From NCBI RefSeq assembly GCF_008000775.2, contig NZ_CP042905.2, positions 390,001-422,000 on the forward strand: a DNA stretch of 32,000 nt, read 5' to 3'. The notes under the pieces were generated by a model. It ran no database searches. It had not been told where the DNA came from and saw only the letters and a list, made by a program, of their open reading frames with translations. Source of the DNA: Promethearchaeum syntrophicum. GTDB taxonomy: Archaea > Asgardarchaeota > Lokiarchaeia > Sigyniarchaeales > Promethearchaeaceae. Positions 28,274 through 32,000 of the stretch are shown here, in pieces. The first letter of the stretch is position 1. Every line of letters begins with the position of its first letter. A program made the translations under genes and the position numbers.

Positions 28274-29494
28274 CTAAATTTCTTTAGAATTTTTCTTTTT
28301 CTTAGGTTTTCTTGGATTTATCACATCTTTTTGTTTCTTTTTTTCGGTTCTTTCTTTCGCTTTTAATTTCTTCTGATTAGCTTTTTCTTCTTTAAAAATA
28401 ATTTTTAAAATTCTGCTATCTTCTTGATTAATAATAAATTTTGAGCGATTTAATTCATACTTTTTTAGGAATTCATCAATATTTTTCTTATTAACCGTAT
28501 CTTCTTTGGGATTTTTTTTCCGAGGATTTTCATATTTGATATTAACTCGAATAATCCAATCCTCTAAAAATTTATAGAATTCGCGTAAATCACTGCGTAA
28601 TTGACTTGTTTTACCTTCAAACTGGGGATTATTCTTAAATTTTACATCTAAAACCTCATTGAACTTCAAAAAAGCATTACTATAATCTATAATATGGTTA
28701 AAATAAGCATTTGATTCAAATTTAAAGAGAATTTCACGAAATTCTTTAATCCAGTTTTTTAAAAGGGTTCTCTCTTCATTCAATGTTAGATCTTTTTGGA
28801 ATTTTTTCTCCTTGTTTTCAGTAACATTCTTTCTGTAATTTTTAATTTTTAATTTATTTTCTTCAAGTTTATCAGGATGAAATTTGCTTTGTGCCCATTT
28901 TTCGACTTTTTGAACAGGAGTACTAATTTTTAATCTTTCAATGTATGAATGGACATCTAAATTTAGAAAAATTTGTTTATCTTGTTTTTTATCCAATTTT
29001 ATTTTTTCTTTTTCTTCCTTTTTTTGTTGTTTAGCCAATTTTATTTCATTTTCTTCTTGTTGAAGTGATTTATATTGAGATTTCAAAGATTGGAGAATGA
29101 AATCCAAATTTTCTCCTAAAATCTCATGCTCTACTCTAAATTTCTCTGGATTGTTAAACCCATATTTTATTTTCATGCTGGTAACCAATCTACTTATTTC
29201 GCGATCTCGCATTCTAACATCTGAAAGAAAATTGAACATTTTCTTATAATCAGGGGTATTTCCAATAGAATCACATATTTTTTGAAATCTTTTACCAATA
29301 TTAATGACATTTAGCAATTGTGTAGAGTCATCAAGAGCGTGAATTTCAGCTAAAACGCTTGTTTTGACATAATTATTAAATAATTTAATTAATTCTCTTT
29401 CAATTTTTGCGGATTTTAATTCTAACTCCTTTTGCCTTACTATTCTACTTAGATTTGATTTTGTTTTTCTAAACATTAATTTTTCAGTTCCCAA
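28274..29494 (-). CDS. Hypothetical charged coiled-coil protein
   Basis: 406-aa ORF, very K/E rich with long predicted helices and a basic tail (KLKAKERTEKKKQKDVINPRKPKKKKNSKEI). No enzyme motif recognised. Confidence 0.65.
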   Translation of the reverse strand: MGTEKLMFRKTKSNLSRIVRQKELELKSAKIERELIKLFNNYVKTSVLAEIHALDDSTQLLNVINIGKRFQKICDSIGNTPDYKKMFNFLSDVRMRDREISRLVTSMKIKYGFNNPEKFRVEHEILGENLDFILQSLKSQYKSLQQEENEIKLAKQQKKEEKEKIKLDKKQDKQIFLNLDVHSYIERLKISTPVQKVEKWAQSKFHPDKLEENKLKIKNYRKNVTENKEKKFQKDLTLNEERTLLKNWIKEFREILFKFESNAYFNHIIDYSNAFLKFNEVLDVKFKNNPQFEGKTSQLRSDLREFYKFLEDWIIRVNIKYENPRKKNPKEDTVNKKNIDEFLKKYELNRSKFIINQEDSRILKIIFKEEKANQKKLKAKERTEKKKQKDVINPRKPKKKKNSKEI

Positions 29495-29770
29495 AAATCA
29501 TAGTTCATTTCTCAAAATAGATGTTATCATAAAAAGCTCTAAACGATTCTAAATAGCGGAAATTCTAAATTAAGAAATTTTTTACATGAAAAACGAATTA
29601 AGATAAAAAAATTTTAATTACTTTTACATGAAATATATAAAAAATGCTTGAATCAATAAAATCACTAAAGTTAGTCTCTTTTTTTTTAATATTATAAAGT
29701 AATTTTTATTGGATGAATTACTTATTTAATCCAATTTAGCGCGACAATAATCGCTTAAAAAAAAATAGGT

Positions 29771-31531
29771 GTGAATCAGAAAATGAACCAAGCATCTGAT
29801 ATATTACGAAAAACGACTTCTATATGCCCAGAATGTATGGAACCAATAGAAGCAGAAATATTCATTGATAAAGAAAAAAATTGGGTTATGATGCGCAAGC
29901 ATTGTGAAAAACACGGAGATTTCTTAGATAAAATCTCTGTGGATCCGGAATATTACATCTGGAAAAATCATTATGCTGAAGATCTAGATAGTGTTATGGA
30001 AACAACCCCTATTAATAGTAATTTACTGCCAATTAAAAAAGGATGTCCCTACGATTGTGGATTATGCACCCATCATCAATCTGCTGCCAACCTCATGATT
30101 ATCGACATCACAAACCGATGTAATTTAAATTGCCCCATTTGTTTTGCGAATGCTAATCGACAAGGACAAATAGTGGAATATACCTATGAAGAAGTGGTTC
30201 AAATTATGAAGCATTTCATAAAACAACGCCCTTATCATGCAGCTATTGCTCAATTTTCGGGTGGGGAACCGACACTTCATCCTCGGATTATTGATATATT
30301 GAAAGCAGCAAAAGATTTGGGATTTCCACATCGTATGCTTAATACTAACGGAATAAGAATGGCCAAAAGTCTCGATTTTTGCCGACAATTAAAAGAAGCA
30401 GATTGTGGAGCGATCTACCTTTCATATGATGGGGAGAATCCAGAAACATATAAAAAAATCCGTGGAATGGATTTATCAAAGTTAAAAAAGAAAGTAATCG
30501 AAAATTGTAGAGAAGTAGGACTTGACGGTATAATGCTCGTGTGCACGGTTGCCAAAGGAGTAAATGACAACGAAATTAAGCACATTCTAGAATTTGCACG
30601 AGACAATAATGATATTATTGCTGGTATTGTTTTTCAACCAGTTTCACTCTGCGGGCGCATTACCTTAGAGGATTTAATGAACCTTAGATATACAAGTAGT
30701 GATTTAACTATTGAGATAAGAAAAGTTACAAATGGAATTGTAGATAAATTTTATCCTCTTGCTGCTTCAAGTAAATTAACTCAATTACTTACATGGTTTT
30801 CCGATCTTCCTGGATGGGCTATATCTGCTCATAATGACTGTGGGTTTGCCACTTTAGTTCCAATTGGAAAAGATAACGAATGGCAAAATCTAGAAGATTA
30901 TGTTGATGTTGAAGAATTAATAAAATTTACAAATTCTGTTTGGGATATGATTCAAAAACGAGATATTCCTCAACCCTCAAAATTCTTCTCAAGCTTACGA
31001 GGAACGGTAGAAAAATTAGGATTCGCGAAAGCTTTTGATGTTTTAAATGAATTTAATGATAAAATATCAGATCTTGCATATAGAAATGCAATGAAAGCAT
31101 ATTATATTGCAGGAGCTGCTAAATATGTTAAAAACTTTGAACTAAAAAAGCTTGTTGAAGATCCCATTTATAAAAGTGTTACTAAATTATTATTAAATCC
31201 TAAATTAGAAAACTCAAAGAATGTTCTTCAAAACAAATTAATGTTCGTTGGTTCAATGCATTTTCAAGATGCATATGATTTAGATATCGCAAGATTGCAA
31301 AAATGTGTGGTGCATTACGGGGTTATTGATCCTGATGATCCAGAACATAAACGAGTTCTACAAATACCATTTTGCACTTTCAATACGATTCATCGGGAAG
31401 GAATTGAAAAAAAATGGGCTGAAACACACGCGAAACCTTTAGAAAAAACTCCAGACCAACATGCAAAAGATATTCGACTCCTAACTGAAAGTATATCTTT
31501 AAAGAAAAACAGCGATAGTATTGTTGAATAA
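29771..31531 (+). CDS. Radical SAM protein of the MJ0619 / tetraether lipid synthase (Tes)-like family
   Basis: CxxxCxxC radical SAM motif DITNRCNLNCPICFANAN; QFSGGEPTLHP; extra cysteine groups CPECMEP, CEKHG, CPYDCGLCTHH; C-terminal SMHFQDAYDLDIARLQKCVVHYG...LQIPFCTFNTIHR. Confidence 0.85.
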   Translation: MNQKMNQASDILRKTTSICPECMEPIEAEIFIDKEKNWVMMRKHCEKHGDFLDKISVDPEYYIWKNHYAEDLDSVMETTPINSNLLPIKKGCPYDCGLCTHHQSAANLMIIDITNRCNLNCPICFANANRQGQIVEYTYEEVVQIMKHFIKQRPYHAAIAQFSGGEPTLHPRIIDILKAAKDLGFPHRMLNTNGIRMAKSLDFCRQLKEADCGAIYLSYDGENPETYKKIRGMDLSKLKKKVIENCREVGLDGIMLVCTVAKGVNDNEIKHILEFARDNNDIIAGIVFQPVSLCGRITLEDLMNLRYTSSDLTIEIRKVTNGIVDKFYPLAASSKLTQLLTWFSDLPGWAISAHNDCGFATLVPIGKDNEWQNLEDYVDVEELIKFTNSVWDMIQKRDIPQPSKFFSSLRGTVEKLGFAKAFDVLNEFNDKISDLAYRNAMKAYYIAGAAKYVKNFELKKLVEDPIYKSVTKLLLNPKLENSKNVLQNKLMFVGSMHFQDAYDLDIARLQKCVVHYGVIDPDDPEHKRVLQIPFCTFNTIHREGIEKKWAETHAKPLEKTPDQHAKDIRLLTESISLKKNSDSIVE

Positions 31532-31596
31532 TAATTCGTTATGAAATCAGACGGCATCTTGTGACCCTTTCTCACCGCATCTACTCGATTGATGCT

Positions 31597-31622
31597 GTCA
31601 CTAACTTATAGTGACCTTTTTT
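31597..31622 (+). terminator. Possible terminator-like hairpin plus T-run after the radical SAM gene
   Basis: GTCACTA-acTTA-TAGTGAC (perfect 7-bp stem, 5-nt loop) followed by CTTTTTT, about 65 bp after the stop codon at 31531. Confidence 0.4.
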
Positions 31623-31749
31623 CATTTCTTCTCCGATATTTTCAGACATAATCCGATTTACTAATTAATAATGACATCCCCACGGTAAGTTGCACTACAT
31701 CACTATATACTGACTTCAAACTATAACATAGTAAAAAATTTCGACTCAA

Positions 31750-31960
31750 TCCGTGAGTAAACGGACAATAAAAGAAATAAGACGCCACCACTGACCACCG
31801 AGGGAGGAGGGGAGCTAAATCGAGTGGACATGTTCACTCATATTGCCCTTGTTATTATAGATTGGAGGTATAAAGGAGGATTAGTGGTTTATTTTTGTGG
31901 TTATACCGTTTGAGGTGAATCCCTAAGGAATTAAGGGTCACCAGTCCCGTAGGAGGGAGG
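31750..31960. other. ORF-free, hairpin-rich, locally G-rich segment; candidate structured RNA or regulatory leader
   Basis: TCCGT-gagtaa-ACGGA (31750-31765); near-palindrome GAGTGGACATGTTCACTC (31822-31839); GGTGA-at-CCCT-aaggaatta-AGGG-TCACC (31914-31942); TCCC-gtagga-GGGA just downstream. Confidence 0.3.
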
Positions 31961-32000
31961 AATTATGATATTTTTATTTTCAGTACAAACATTTTTATAG

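Noticed and set aside
29771-31575. Minus-strand ORFs (30125-30388, 30415-30606, 31390-31575) under the radical SAM gene
   Set aside because: Antisense to conserved radical SAM/Tes-like coding sequence.
31740-31960. Terminal G-rich block as RNase P RNA, SRP RNA or tRNA
   Set aside because: Lacks a GAGGAAAGUC-like RNase P core, the GGAG/AGCAG SRP S-domain motifs, and any GGTTCRA T-loop with a 7-bp acceptor stem.
1-32000. CRISPR arrays, transposases, integrases, phage genes
   Set aside because: No regularly spaced direct repeats, cas genes or mobile-element enzymes seen; content is mostly core and conserved accessory genes.

Overview
AT-rich, gene-dense chromosomal window that looks archaeal and probably Asgard-type. 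This rests on TtuA/Ncs6, Pus10, an archaeal-type SecY, an EMC3/DUF106 insertase, a Tes-like radical SAM enzyme and a longin-like/V4R protein; taxonomy is inferred from gene content only. I recognise about 20 genes, including an amidohydrolase (5'-truncated), a JAMM protease, TtuA/Ncs6, Pus10, an E1/ThiF-like enzyme, UvrC, two GPH/MFS transporters, an M24 peptidase, YjbQ, TrpRS, SecY, a SWIM protein and a SNF2 helicase. I see no CRISPR array, transposase, tRNA or rRNA. The most interesting points are: (1) a JAMM protein whose N-terminus looks like a cysteine-less RWD/UBC-like domain, overlapping a TtuA-like tRNA thiolase gene and near an E1-like gene; (2) a HEAT-repeat protein fused to a nitrilase-like domain whose catalytic Cys appears replaced by Gly; (3) a probable longin-like + V4R fusion; (4) a methyltransferase gene reduced by internal deletion to its two ends; (5) a decayed PPC-domain secreted-protein gene; (6) an ORF-free, hairpin-rich segment at 31540-31960 that may encode a structured RNA. 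All family calls were made by eye from motifs, with no database search.
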